Positions 10,285-20,419 of a stretch of DNA of 64,000 nt are shown here, one piece after another. Position 1 is the first letter of the stretch; each line of letters begins with the position of its first letter. The notes under the pieces are model-generated. The model saw only the letters and a program-made list of their open reading frames with translations, made no database searches and had not been told where the DNA came from. This DNA is from an uncultured Verrucomicrobiae bacterium (GTDB lineage: Bacteria > Verrucomicrobiota > Verrucomicrobiia > Chthoniobacterales > UBA10450): the NCBI GenBank assembly GCA_963834385.1, contig CAWIBO010000002.1, positions 672,001 through 736,000 of the forward strand. Direction: 5' to 3'. The position numbers and the translations under genes are program-made.

Positions 10285-11829
10285 ATGCCTTTCGATTACG
10301 ATGCCGTCATCATCGGGGGCGCTTTCTCGGGCGCCGCCACCGCCATGGTGCTCAAGCGCAAGGCGCCGGGAGCGCGGGTGCTCCTGCTCGAAAAATCACG
10401 GCAGTTCGACCGCAAAGTCGGCGAATCCACCACCGAGGTCAGCAGTTGTTTCATGACCCGTATCCTCGGCCTGACCAACTATCTCGGGCATCACCAGCTG
10501 ACCAAGCAGGGTTTGCGGATGTGGTTTGCGCGTCGCCCGGACCAGGCCTTTGACGATTGCGTGGAGCTGGGTGGCAAATATCAATCGCGGCTCCCGACCT
10601 TTCAGGTGGACCGCTCGACGCTCGATCAGCACCTGCTCGAGCAGGCGGTGGCGGCGGGATGCGACCTGGCCCGTCCGGCGAAGGTAACCGGCTTTGATCT
10701 CGGCGGCAGCGCGGGCCAGACCGTGAAATTCGAGAGGGAAGGCGTCGAGGAAACGGTTTCCTGCCGCTGGATCGTGGACGCCAGCGGCCGCGCCGCGCTT
10801 CTCCCCCGCCGGCTCGGCCATTTCCGGGCCAACACCGATCATCCGACCAGCGCCGTCTGGGCGCGCTTCACCGGGGTGAAGGACTGGGACAGCTACGATT
10901 GGCGGGAGAAATTTCCGGACTATGCCAACGCCTGCCGCACCGGGCGATCCTGGGCGACAAACCATCTCATGGGCCTGGGCTGGTGGTGCTGGATCATCCC
11001 GCTGAAAGGGGGCGACGTCTCGGCCGGCCTTGTTTACGACCGCCGTATTTTTCAACTGCCCGAAGGAGAAAACCTGCCCGCGCGTCTGCTGACCCACCTG
11101 CGCTCGCACCCGGTCGGGGCGACAATTTTCGCCGAAGCCGCCGCGGTGGAACACGACGTGCGGGCTTTTTCCGGGCTCCCTTATTACAGCGAAAAAGTCT
11201 GCGGAGACGGATGGGCCGTCGTCGGGGACGCCGCCGGGTTCATCGATCCGCTTTACAGCCCCGGCCTCGATTTTTGCTCCTACACGAGCAATTACGTCGC
11301 CGGCCTGATCGCCCGCCAGTTTCAGGGTGAAGATGTCGGGGCCGCTCTTTCCTATTACAACGAACAATACCCGGTGACCTACCGGAGCTGGTTCGAAACG
11401 CTTTACCGGGACAAGTACTACTACATGGGAGACGCCGAGCTGATGTCTGCCGCGCTTCTCCTCGATGTTGGTCTTTACATTGCCGGTCTGGTCCAGCCCG
11501 CTTATGCGGACCCGGAGAAGGCGTTCATGAGCCTGCCCTTCGAAGGCGTGCCGGGACGGGTGGTCACGGCCCTCATGAGTCTTTACAACCGGCGGCTGGC
11601 GGCGCTCGCGCGCCAGCGACTGGCCCATGGCACTTATGGTCTGCGGAACGAGGGATGGCGCGAGCTTTACGACGGTTTTGTGCCGGACCGGCGGGTGTTC
11701 AAGCTCGTGCGCAAGGGTCTCCTGCGCTGGTGGCGCGCGGAACTGGCCGCATTTTTCACGGCCGATCCCGCGCCCGGGGAAGCCGGGAGGCGCGACCCCG
11801 CCGCCCGTGCCCAGGCCTGCGAGGTTTGA
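10285..11829 (+). CDS. Flavin-dependent halogenase-like oxidoreductase (tryptophan halogenase family)
   Basis: IIGGAFSG FAD loop, KVGES, DASGR, WCWIIP (WxWxIP), VGDAAGFIDPLYSPG. Confidence 0.82.
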   Translation: MPFDYDAVIIGGAFSGAATAMVLKRKAPGARVLLLEKSRQFDRKVGESTTEVSSCFMTRILGLTNYLGHHQLTKQGLRMWFARRPDQAFDDCVELGGKYQSRLPTFQVDRSTLDQHLLEQAVAAGCDLARPAKVTGFDLGGSAGQTVKFEREGVEETVSCRWIVDASGRAALLPRRLGHFRANTDHPTSAVWARFTGVKDWDSYDWREKFPDYANACRTGRSWATNHLMGLGWWCWIIPLKGGDVSAGLVYDRRIFQLPEGENLPARLLTHLRSHPVGATIFAEAAAVEHDVRAFSGLPYYSEKVCGDGWAVVGDAAGFIDPLYSPGLDFCSYTSNYVAGLIARQFQGEDVGAALSYYNEQYPVTYRSWFETLYRDKYYYMGDAELMSAALLLDVGLYIAGLVQPAYADPEKAFMSLPFEGVPGRVVTALMSLYNRRLAALARQRLAHGTYGLRNEGWRELYDGFVPDRRVFKLVRKGLLRWWRAELAAFFTADPAPGEAGRRDPAARAQACEV

Positions 11830-12764
11830 ACGCGACCGCAGGGACCGGTGCGCCGGCGACACCCCGGCGCTGGCGGCGCCTCGCGGCGGAGGGAGTTTTC
11901 TGGCGTCATTATCTCGACTGGGCGGCCGCCGAGGTTCCGTTCTTCCTCAAGCCCCTGAACCTCGCCTTCATGACGTCGTTCTTCCTTCTTTTCGCCGCTC
12001 CACCGCGACGCGCCCTCCTGGCAAATCTTCGTGCGATTTATCGCACTCCCTTTCCCCTGCTCCGGGCCTGGCGGACTTTTTACAATTATGCCGCCGGGCT
12101 GGGCGACGCCTCTTTTTATCGGCAGTTTCGCCGCTCTTTCACCTACGAATTGGACGGAAGCGAACATCTCCAGGCGCTCGCGGCGGTGCCCGCCGCCATC
12201 GTCCTGACCGCGCACATGGGGAACTACGATCTGGGAGCTGCCATTTTTACCCGCAAGTTCGGACGTTCGCTCCGCGTCGTTCGGGCACCGGAATTGGACC
12301 AGGAAAGCGCCCGCCACACCCAGGAAGCGCTCGAGCACTCCGCCGACCAGGCGGTCAAGGTCGATTACAACACGGACAGCATGCTTTCCTTTGATCTTCT
12401 GGCCGCCTTGCGCGGCGGCGAAGTCGTTTCCATTCAGGGAGACCGTGCGCCCGCCGGCATGCCCAGCAGCGAGACGATCCTCTTTGGCCGGCCGTTCCGT
12501 GTTCCCAGCGGCCCCTTTGCCCTGGCCTTCGTCACGGAGACCCCGATCTATCCGCTTTTTACCCTGCGCACCGGTTACCGCTGTTATCGCATTCTGGCCC
12601 TTCCCCCGATCCGCCTGAGCCGGGCCGAGGGTCCGCGGGACGAGCAAATTGCCGCCGCCGTGGCCCGCTGGGCCGCGGAGCTGCAGCGCGTTATCCGCGA
12701 ATTCCCAAACCAGTGGTTCGCTTTCGTCCCGCTCTTTTCCGCCGATGGAAACCATTCCGGCTAA
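11826..12764 (+). CDS. Lysophospholipid acyltransferase, LpxL/HtrB-like
   Basis: TAHMGNYD (HxxxxD), GEVVSIQGDR, P.QWF; TTG start overlaps halogenase stop. Confidence 0.85.
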   Translation: MNATAGTGAPATPRRWRRLAAEGVFWRHYLDWAAAEVPFFLKPLNLAFMTSFFLLFAAPPRRALLANLRAIYRTPFPLLRAWRTFYNYAAGLGDASFYRQFRRSFTYELDGSEHLQALAAVPAAIVLTAHMGNYDLGAAIFTRKFGRSLRVVRAPELDQESARHTQEALEHSADQAVKVDYNTDSMLSFDLLAALRGGEVVSIQGDRAPAGMPSSETILFGRPFRVPSGPFALAFVTETPIYPLFTLRTGYRCYRILALPPIRLSRAEGPRDEQIAAAVARWAAELQRVIREFPNQWFAFVPLFSADGNHSG

Positions 12765-13230
12765 CGATTCCCCCGGAGGCTACTTCGCCCTGCGCCGGCT
12801 TTGGCTTTATCTCCGCCGGGGCGCGGCGGTCCGTTCGGAAGACGACTGGCGCGAGGCGCACTTCCCCGGGTATTTCATGTTCGCCCTTACCTTTTTCTTT
12901 TTCGTCCACCGCCTCTTCGGCCAATTGGAACTCCATGAGTTGATCTGGCTGCCTTTGCTTGTTATCCCGGTCTGGCTGACCTGGCCGCTTCTGATCCATT
13001 TGAACGCCTGGGTGGCGGGCCGGCTTCGTCACCTGGGCCTGACCGATCTGCCCAGCCATCGCGTGCAAAGCGTCCTGTTTGGGTTCGTCATGAGCCTTCT
13101 CGCCGTTGATCTGGTGCTCGCTCCTTCCTGGATGCGCTGGTTCGGGGTCGTCTGGCTGGCCGCGGTGGCCTTGAATTTGGGCGCGGCCCTTGTTCTCGCG
13201 CTCTGGGGGATCAATGGGGATGCGGAATAG
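12745..13230 (+). CDS. Hypothetical membrane protein (about 4 TM)
   Basis: Hydrophobic ORF overlapping both neighbours in an apparent operon. Confidence 0.65.
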   Translation: METIPANDSPGGYFALRRLWLYLRRGAAVRSEDDWREAHFPGYFMFALTFFFFVHRLFGQLELHELIWLPLLVIPVWLTWPLLIHLNAWVAGRLRHLGLTDLPSHRVQSVLFGFVMSLLAVDLVLAPSWMRWFGVVWLAAVALNLGAALVLALWGINGDAE

Positions 13231-14011
13231 GCGCTGGCTTCGGATCGCGCTTTTGACCCCGGCGGTGCTCGCGCCCGTCTGGACGCTTTTCGTTCTCCCG
13301 CATTCCCTCCTTTTCGGCCTGCTCCCCCTTTTCCTTTCCCACCTGCTCCTTCTCTACCCCACGCTCAACCCGCTCTCACAATGGTGGGGCACGGTGGTCA
13401 CGCGCTTTGATACGCCGCGACGCGAGGTCTGGCTCACCCTGGATGATGGCCCGTGGCCCGGACATACGGAGGCCTTCCTGGATCTTCTTGATCGTTACGG
13501 GGCGAGGGCCACCTTCTTTGTCATCGGCCGCCGTGCCGAGGCACACCCCGCTCTCGCGCAGGAAATCCTCCGGCGGGGGCATCAGCTCGCCAATCACACC
13601 TGGTCGCACCCCAGCTTCTCCTTTTGGTGCGCCACCCGGTCGAGGATTCGGCAGGAACTCGACCGGACCGAAAATCTCCTCCGGGCCTTCGGCGCGACGA
13701 ATCAACTTTTCCGGGCGCCGGCCGGGCTCAAAAACTTTCTGCTCCATCCCCTCCTGGACCGGCGCGGCCTCCGGTTGATCGGGTGGTCGGCCCGCGGCCA
13801 TGACACCGTCCGGCGCGACCCGGAGAAAGTGGCTCAGGCCGTCACCCGCCGTCTTTTTCCCGGCGCGATCATTCTTCTTCACGAGGGCACACATGGGCCG
13901 GGGGAGAGCAGCCTGGCGCCGCGCTGCCTGGAGCGGACCCTGCAGTTGTTGCAGGCGCAGGGTTATTCCTGCGTTCTCCCGCCGGCGGACCAGTTGCGAC
14001 CGGCGTCCTAA
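13220..14011 (+). CDS. Polysaccharide deacetylase (CE4) with N-terminal TM segments
   Basis: LTLDDGP, ATFFVIG, NHTWSH, FRAPAG, IILLHE. Confidence 0.92.
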   Translation: MRNRRWLRIALLTPAVLAPVWTLFVLPHSLLFGLLPLFLSHLLLLYPTLNPLSQWWGTVVTRFDTPRREVWLTLDDGPWPGHTEAFLDLLDRYGARATFFVIGRRAEAHPALAQEILRRGHQLANHTWSHPSFSFWCATRSRIRQELDRTENLLRAFGATNQLFRAPAGLKNFLLHPLLDRRGLRLIGWSARGHDTVRRDPEKVAQAVTRRLFPGAIILLHEGTHGPGESSLAPRCLERTLQLLQAQGYSCVLPPADQLRPAS

Positions 14012-15102
14012 AGATCCGCGGGATAAAGCAACGCGAGATACCATTCCACCAGCGCGTCGCCGAAGAACATCCAGATCAGGGCGCCCGCCGCCAGATAGGG
14101 ACCGAATGGAAGCTTGGTTGACCACGCCCGCCCCCCGGAGAGCAACGCCGCCAGGCCCAGGACCGAGCCGAGGAGCGACCCGGCAAAAACGCTGAAGAGC
14201 ACGGCGCGCCATCCGAGAAAGGCCCCGATGCAGGCAAGGAACTTCAGGTCGCCGCGCCCCATCGCCTCCCGCGGGATTTGAAGTTCCCGCACCGTGCCCG
14301 TGATCCGGTTCACCTGATCGAGGGCAAACTCGTCCCCGGCGACAAAAAGACGATCGTAGCGCAGGCGCAGGGTCGCCGCTCCCAGGTCGCGCGCGTCGAG
14401 CATGACGCGGTCGCACTGCATGGTCATCACATCTGATTCGCGGCTGAAATGATCGCTCCAGAGCCCCGTCTCCTCCCCCACCGCGAAGCGGGCGTCCTGG
14501 CCCTCCCGGATCCAGGAAAAGGGAACAGGAGCGTCGAGGCGGATGCGCTTCTTGCCGAAGACGAGCTTGCCGGCCTCAAGCACGCCCCAGAGAAGAAAAT
14601 ACCCCAGCACGGCCGCGCCAAGGGAATGACCAAGCGCCGCGAGGCGATCCGTTTGCCTCATCAACTCGGGCACGAGCAGGCTCGCCACCACGCCCGCGGC
14701 CGCCCCGCCCAGCGATATCTCGTCGGGGATGATGAAATGCTCGAAGTCGACAAAGGTCGCGACCAGCACGAGCGCGAGGAAAACCCAATAGCAGATCGCC
14801 ACCGCGGGCGGAAAAGCCATCCAGGCGGCGAGAAAAAGGAGACCGGTCAGGAGCTCGACCAGAAAATAACGGAAGGCGATGGGAGCGCCGCAGGAAGCGC
14901 AGCGTCCCCGCAAAAGCAGCCAGCTCAGCAGGGGAATATTCCGGTGCCATGGGATCGGCGCACGACAAGCCGGACAAAATGAGCGGCGCGGTTCGTTTAC
15001 CGAGAGGTCGCGCGGCATCCGGTAGATGCAGACGTTCAAAAACGACCCGATGGAGGCGCCGAGGACAAAGGCAAAGACTTGAAAAAGAATTTCAAAGGTC
15101 AT
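14008..15102 (-). CDS. pilD: Prepilin peptidase (A24) with internal soluble insertion
   Basis: GSFLNVCIYRMP, two CxxC pairs, D.EHFIIPD, MGRGDLK, LPFGPYL. Confidence 0.9.
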   Translation of the reverse strand: MTFEILFQVFAFVLGASIGSFLNVCIYRMPRDLSVNEPRRSFCPACRAPIPWHRNIPLLSWLLLRGRCASCGAPIAFRYFLVELLTGLLFLAAWMAFPPAVAICYWVFLALVLVATFVDFEHFIIPDEISLGGAAAGVVASLLVPELMRQTDRLAALGHSLGAAVLGYFLLWGVLEAGKLVFGKKRIRLDAPVPFSWIREGQDARFAVGEETGLWSDHFSRESDVMTMQCDRVMLDARDLGAATLRLRYDRLFVAGDEFALDQVNRITGTVRELQIPREAMGRGDLKFLACIGAFLGWRAVLFSVFAGSLLGSVLGLAALLSGGRAWSTKLPFGPYLAAGALIWMFFGDALVEWYLALLYPADL

Positions 15103-15893
15103 GGCGCGTCCTCCTTCCGGTCGGCCGCGGGGACGAGGCGCGGCCGCATGAACCAGGCGATCCAGATGCAGCTCTCGTAAAGGAAATACATCGGGATGGC
15201 CATGGCCATCAGGGTCAGGACATCCGGAGTCGGCGTGATCAGGGCGGCCAGGATCACGATCAAAACAATCGCATACGGCCTGGTGCGCGCCATGAGGGCA
15301 TGGCTGATCACGCCAAGACGGACCATGGCGAGGACCACCACCGGGAGTTCAAAGGCGAGGCCGAACCCGATGGTGAAACGGGTCACGAACGAATAATACT
15401 CGCGCACCGTCCATTCCGGGATCCAGCCGAGCGAGCGCGCATCATGGAAAAAGAAGGCGATCGTCTTCGGCAGCAGAAAGTGATAACAGAAGAGCACCCC
15501 GGCCGCGAAGAGCAGAAAACTCACCAGGACGCCCGGAAGGACCACCCGTTTCTCCAGCGCGGTCAGGGCCGGCAGGACAAACTCCGCCGCGAAATAAAGC
15601 AGGACGGGAAAGGCCACCACGATCCCGGCATAAAAGGCGAGCGAGAAGGAAATCGTCATCGAATCGGTGATGCCGAGCGAGCGCAACGGCGTGTTTGTTC
15701 CAAGGACGTCGAGCGGCGCCTGAATGAGATGGGTCAGGCTGGAACGGAAAACGAGGCACAACGCCATGGCCGCCGCGAGGGCGATCGCCATCTTGACCAC
15801 GGTCCAACGCAGGTCCTCGAGGTGCTCCATGAACGGCTTGGTCGCTTCGCCACCAGGCGCTTCCCGGAACTTGAACATGTTGCGCAGAGCCAT
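15099..15893 (-). CDS. tatC: Twin-arginine translocase subunit TatC
   Basis: EHLEDLR, FGLAFELP, AALITPTPD, LYE. Confidence 0.95.
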   Translation of the reverse strand: MALRNMFKFREAPGGEATKPFMEHLEDLRWTVVKMAIALAAAMALCLVFRSSLTHLIQAPLDVLGTNTPLRSLGITDSMTISFSLAFYAGIVVAFPVLLYFAAEFVLPALTALEKRVVLPGVLVSFLLFAAGVLFCYHFLLPKTIAFFFHDARSLGWIPEWTVREYYSFVTRFTIGFGLAFELPVVVLAMVRLGVISHALMARTRPYAIVLIVILAALITPTPDVLTLMAMAIPMYFLYESCIWIAWFMRPRLVPAADRKEDAP

Positions 15894-15895
15894 GG

Positions 15896-16504
15896 TCAGG
15901 TGCCGGCGACAATCTCTCCGCGGGCCATAAGCCGCGCAAAGATGCTAAGGGTGTTTGCATCCCGAATTTCACCGTCGGCGACCATGGCCGAGACTTCGGG
16001 AAGAGAAAATTCACGGCAGTCGATGATGGCCTCACCCTGCTCGTGCGCCGCGCCCCCCGGCGACGGCCGGACCGGGCGGGCCAGAAAAAGAAAGGCGCGT
16101 TCGTCCGTGAAACCGGCGGAGGAGAAGAAATCGCCGAGAAAGGTCAGACTCCCGCCCTCCGCCAGCTCGTAGCCGGTTTCCTCCCGTAACTCCCGGAGGG
16201 CGACCTCGCGGAAGGAACCGGTGTCGCAAAGTTCGTCCACCTGTCCCGCCGGCACCTCCCAGATCGCCTCCCGGATCGCCACCCGTTCCTGCCGGATCAG
16301 CACCAGGCGATGATCCGCCGTCATCGGGGCCACCACCACCGCCGGCTTCCGGTGCACCACCGTCCAGGGCCGGCCTTCGGGGCGTGCCGGACTGGCGATC
16401 CGTTCCGTCACCACCTGCAGATGAGGACTCTCGAAATGCGGCTCGGTCCCGAGCACGCGCCAGCCGCGCTGTGGATTTGTTTCACTCTCCGAGGGCAGGG
16501 ACAC
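15896..16504 (-). CDS. NUDIX hydrolase (ADP-ribose pyrophosphatase-like)
   Basis: WEVPAG...ALRELREETG Nudix box; IRDANT. Confidence 0.88.
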   Translation of the reverse strand: MSLPSESETNPQRGWRVLGTEPHFESPHLQVVTERIASPARPEGRPWTVVHRKPAVVVAPMTADHRLVLIRQERVAIREAIWEVPAGQVDELCDTGSFREVALRELREETGYELAEGGSLTFLGDFFSSAGFTDERAFLFLARPVRPSPGGAAHEQGEAIIDCREFSLPEVSAMVADGEIRDANTLSIFARLMARGEIVAGT

Positions 16505-16557
16505 GGTCGAAGGTTATGAACCTCGCGCCGAAAAGCGAATGCCGACTTTTGCCTTCT

Positions 16558-16929
16558 TCACCCGGCGGACCGCTCGAGGAAGACCGCGACGTGCGCGCTT
16601 CCCGGCAGAACGAATTTGCGCAGTTCCAGTTCCACCCGCTCAAGCGGGAACCGCTCCAGCAGGTGCCGGGCGGTCGCTTCCGCAAGCGTTTCGAGCAGTT
16701 TGTCCCGACGCCCGGCCACGAAGCGGCGCACTTCCCCGGCCACCTCGGCGTAATCCACCGTGTTCGCGATGTCGTCTGCCAGGTCCCCGAAGGATCGGGC
16801 CGGCCAGAAAGTCAGGTGCAGAACAAGCTCCTGCGGCGACGCGCGCTCCTCCTCCGGCACGCCAAGGTGCGCGGTCAGAGTCAGCCCGGCAATTCTGATT
16901 CGGTCGCCGGTAATTTTCTCGGGTTTCAT
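16558..16929 (-). CDS. folB: Dihydroneopterin aldolase
   Basis: HLGVPEEER..PQ, TVDY, LLETLA, ELRK. Confidence 0.92.
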   Translation of the reverse strand: MKPEKITGDRIRIAGLTLTAHLGVPEEERASPQELVLHLTFWPARSFGDLADDIANTVDYAEVAGEVRRFVAGRRDKLLETLAEATARHLLERFPLERVELELRKFVLPGSAHVAVFLERSAG

Positions 16930-16963
16930 TTCGCCACAGTATGCCCGCGCCCAGCCGCATGTT

Positions 16964-19384
16964 CTACTGCGGAGCCAGCGCCCCGACCATTTTGTCGAAG
17001 CGCGGATCTTCCCGCAGGGAATCCCAGTAAGGGTGCAGCCGCAGATGACCGTAGCTCAGGTAGGTCGGAACCCGCAGGGCCGCCGCGAGCTGTTCGATGG
17101 CCGCATCCGTTTCTCCGGTCCAGGCATGGACCAGGGCGAGGTTCCGCAGAAATTGCGCGCCGACGATGGAATCGCGGCTCACCGGCATCAACTCGACTGC
17201 GCGCCGGGCATGGACCAGCGCTTCTTTTTTTCGCCCGAGCAGCGCGTCGATCATCCCCAGCATGCCAAGGGCCTCGGGGTAATCGGGCTGGCGTGTCACC
17301 ATCGCCTCGACCTCGCGGCGCGCCTCCTCCAGGAGTCGCCGCGCCTCGTCTTCCTCCCCGGCCACCCGGGCCACCCAGGCCTCGCACCAGGTTTGCGGGA
17401 AGGCGAGCGTATCGTCGCGGCATCCGTCGACCGGTAAAACTTCCATCGCGCGGCGCGCGCTCCCGGCATCCCGCTGCGCCAGCGCGACAAAAATCCACGA
17501 GTCGGCGATGGCGGCGGCTAATGACGGCTCACGCTTCAAGGTTTCCTCCACGATCGTCCGCAGTGGCGCGGGGTCGGCTTTCCAGTCGAACTCGACCGCC
17601 GCGCGTTCCAGGCGGATGCCGGTATTGCCAGGATCCACCTCGAGCGCGCGATCGAGCGTGGCCGCCATTTCCGGGAAACGTCCCCGCAGCCCGTAGGTCA
17701 GGGCGAGCTGCCGCAGGATGTGGACGTTGCGGGGATCGAGCTCGAGCGCGCGCTCGAAGTTTTGGATGGCCTCGTCCCAGCGGCTTTGCCGGCGATCGAT
17801 CGAGGCAATCCAGAGATGGGGCAGCGAGTTGTTCGGAAGTTTTTTCTGGGCCAGCTCCAGCTCGCCCCGGGCGGCGGCATAATTCCCGTAGCCGAAATAG
17901 AAGTGCTCGGCCTGGGCCAGGTGCACCTCGCCCGCGCCCGGACGGATTCGCCGGGCCGACTTGATCGCCGCCTCGGCCAGTTCCAGGCGTTCCGGCGTGT
18001 GATCGAGGCCAAGGGAATAAATCAGGTCATGCGCGTGCGCGAGCAGGCAGTAGGCCGGGAAAAAGTCGCGGTCCCGGCTGACTGCGCGGTCGAGCAGGCG
18101 CGTGGCCTCGAAAAGGTTCTCCGTTCCCCGGGCATCGAGGAACCACCGGTCAATGAACCCGGTGGCGCGCAGGTAAAGATCATAGGCGGCCAGGTTGTCC
18201 GTGGGCTTTTCCTGGATGGCCGCCTTTTCCTCAGGGGAAAGCCGGGCCTTGAGCTGGTTGACAATTTTCTCCGCCAACTGCGTCTCGAGCGTGAAAATAT
18301 CCGCGACTTTGCCCTCGTAACGCTCGGCCCAGATCTGCGTGTCGGTGCGGGCGTCGATCAGTTGGGTGCTCACGCGCACGCGGTCGCCGGCCGAGCGCAC
18401 CGCTCCCTCGAGCACGTAGGCCACCCCCAGTTGGCGGGCGATCTCGCGGAGGTTGCGCACCCCGGTCTTGTACTGCATCACCGAGGTGCGGCTGATCACC
18501 TTGAGCCCCGCCACCTTCGCCAGGTCGGTCAGGATCTCATCGTGCATCCCCTCGTGCAGCCGCATGGTTTCCGGGTCGTCGTCCAGGTTCTCGAAGGGCA
18601 GCACGGCGATGCTCTTCTCGGAAACCGGCAGGGCGGGCGAGCCGGTGGTCACCGCCGCAGGCAGCCGCGGCGAGGGCTCCCGCAGAACCATCAGGATGCT
18701 GACAAGAGCGAGCGCGGCCAGCAGGAGCGCCCCGCCCACCAGGACCCGCGGCCAGGGCGATTCGCGCACCGGGCGGATGACCTGTGCCTTTTTTCCCCAG
18801 CGGCGACGCCGTAATTTTTCGGGGAGGGTGGGGTTTCCCAGGCCGTCCTTGTGCAGGTTGACCAGGTCGATGCGGACTCCGTGCTTCACTTCGCATGCGC
18901 CGATATCCTGCAGATACGGCTGCCAGTTCGCATAGTGCGCCAGATCATCGGCCAGGCGCCGTGAGAGCAGGATGTGACCCGCATCGCCGCAATCCATGAC
19001 CCGCTGGGCGATGTTGATGCCGGGGCCGGCCGCGTTGGAGCGATCATTTACGTCGGTGATCAGGTTGACCGGACCGCTGTGAAGCCCCATCCGCACCTTG
19101 ATCTTCCCATCGTCCCGCAACTTGTCCGCGATCTCGAGCGCGCAACGGACCGGCTGCTCCGGGTTATCGAAGAAAAGAAGCGCCATGCCGTCGCCGGTGG
19201 GCAGGCGGATCAGTTTCCCGGCGCTCTCCGCCTTTCGGAAACAATCGCCGCCGCGGACAATTCGTTGCAGCCGGTCAAGCGTCTCGACCTGCTCGTTCCC
19301 AAGCAGGCGCGAGTAACCCACGATATCGAGCAGGAGAAGATGCGCGATCTCCAGCGGGAGATCTGGCTTGGGCTCACCGGACAT
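16964..19384 (-). CDS. Class III adenylate/guanylate cyclase - TM - TolB-like - TPR protein
   Basis: LLDIVGYS, TGDG, RMGLHSGPV, GINIAQRV; KSIAVLPFENL, VISRTSV; multiple TPR-like helices. Confidence 0.88.
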   Translation of the reverse strand: MSGEPKPDLPLEIAHLLLLDIVGYSRLLGNEQVETLDRLQRIVRGGDCFRKAESAGKLIRLPTGDGMALLFFDNPEQPVRCALEIADKLRDDGKIKVRMGLHSGPVNLITDVNDRSNAAGPGINIAQRVMDCGDAGHILLSRRLADDLAHYANWQPYLQDIGACEVKHGVRIDLVNLHKDGLGNPTLPEKLRRRRWGKKAQVIRPVRESPWPRVLVGGALLLAALALVSILMVLREPSPRLPAAVTTGSPALPVSEKSIAVLPFENLDDDPETMRLHEGMHDEILTDLAKVAGLKVISRTSVMQYKTGVRNLREIARQLGVAYVLEGAVRSAGDRVRVSTQLIDARTDTQIWAERYEGKVADIFTLETQLAEKIVNQLKARLSPEEKAAIQEKPTDNLAAYDLYLRATGFIDRWFLDARGTENLFEATRLLDRAVSRDRDFFPAYCLLAHAHDLIYSLGLDHTPERLELAEAAIKSARRIRPGAGEVHLAQAEHFYFGYGNYAAARGELELAQKKLPNNSLPHLWIASIDRRQSRWDEAIQNFERALELDPRNVHILRQLALTYGLRGRFPEMAATLDRALEVDPGNTGIRLERAAVEFDWKADPAPLRTIVEETLKREPSLAAAIADSWIFVALAQRDAGSARRAMEVLPVDGCRDDTLAFPQTWCEAWVARVAGEEDEARRLLEEARREVEAMVTRQPDYPEALGMLGMIDALLGRKKEALVHARRAVELMPVSRDSIVGAQFLRNLALVHAWTGETDAAIEQLAAALRVPTYLSYGHLRLHPYWDSLREDPRFDKMVGALAPQ

Positions 19385-19453
19385 AGGATAATTGAGGGAA
19401 TTCGTCCGTGGAGCCATCTTTCCAAGTCCCCCCTCGGCCGTCGAGAATTACTC

Positions 19454-20419
19454 TCAGGCAGAACGCGAAGGCAACTTTCCGGCCGAGCCAGTCCGTCGCG
19501 CCGGACGGAGGAGCGTTCCCGGTCCGAACGCGGCGAGGTTCAAGACCACCATGACGAGCCCGAAAAGATACATGCCCATGCCGAACGCGATCATCGCGTG
19601 CATGGCCAGAACCAGGCACAACCAGAGTCGCCGGGTCCGGGCCGGCCAGATCAACACGATGTAGCCGAGTTCCACCAGGCAGATCCCCACACCGAGGACG
19701 GGCAGCAAATCCGCCAACGGAACGAGCATCTCCGGCGGCACCTGGTTGAAAGGAGGCCTGGTCAGGGCGCGCCAGAGATTGAGTCCGTTCCACCAGTCGG
19801 CTCCCAGACACTTGGAAAGGCCGCTGAAAAAATAGATCAGGCAAAGATGGACCTGCAGCAGGCGCTGAAAGAATCCGGAAACAGCGGCATCGCGCAAAGG
19901 CCGACGCCGCCAGATGTAATCGAGCGAATACCGGTCCGGCCAGGGCGCCAGCGCGAGATAAAAAAGGCCGATGGTGAGGAAACTATCGAGCCCGTAGGCC
20001 AGGAACCCGAGGCTCTTGGCCGTGGCCAGATGAAGCAGCCACGCCGCCACCGCGGTTACGCGGAGATACAATCCCGCGCAAAGGCCGAGCGCCGCCAGCA
20101 GCAAAAGCCACCATGCAGCGCCGAGAAGATGATCCTCGGCGAGTCCAAGCGTTGTGCCCGCCTGCACCAGCCAGTCCAGCCGTGGAACCAGGGGTGTCTG
20201 CAAGGAAAGCAGCGCTTCTCCCAGGCCGCGACCGATCAGGCCATCAGCCTTGTCCCCGACCAATACCAGCCAATCGTTTCGCAGGGAAAGCACATAAAGA
20301 AAAAGAACCAGACCCAGCCCAAGCCGGAGCAGCGTCATCCAGGCGGTCGATTGCGTCGGGAACAGAAAAGTGCGCACCCGGGAGACGAAGCTCATGCCCG
20401 CGAAATCAGTTCCCGTCAT
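19454..20419 (-). CDS. HTTM domain membrane protein (vitamin K-dependent carboxylase/SdpB-like)
   Basis: LRLGLG, YSLD, QVHLCLIYFFSGLSK...WWNG, ELGY...IWP..RR, MHAMIAFGMG. Confidence 0.8.
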   Translation of the reverse strand: MTGTDFAGMSFVSRVRTFLFPTQSTAWMTLLRLGLGLVLFLYVLSLRNDWLVLVGDKADGLIGRGLGEALLSLQTPLVPRLDWLVQAGTTLGLAEDHLLGAAWWLLLLAALGLCAGLYLRVTAVAAWLLHLATAKSLGFLAYGLDSFLTIGLFYLALAPWPDRYSLDYIWRRRPLRDAAVSGFFQRLLQVHLCLIYFFSGLSKCLGADWWNGLNLWRALTRPPFNQVPPEMLVPLADLLPVLGVGICLVELGYIVLIWPARTRRLWLCLVLAMHAMIAFGMGMYLFGLVMVVLNLAAFGPGTLLRPARRTGSAGKLPSRSA

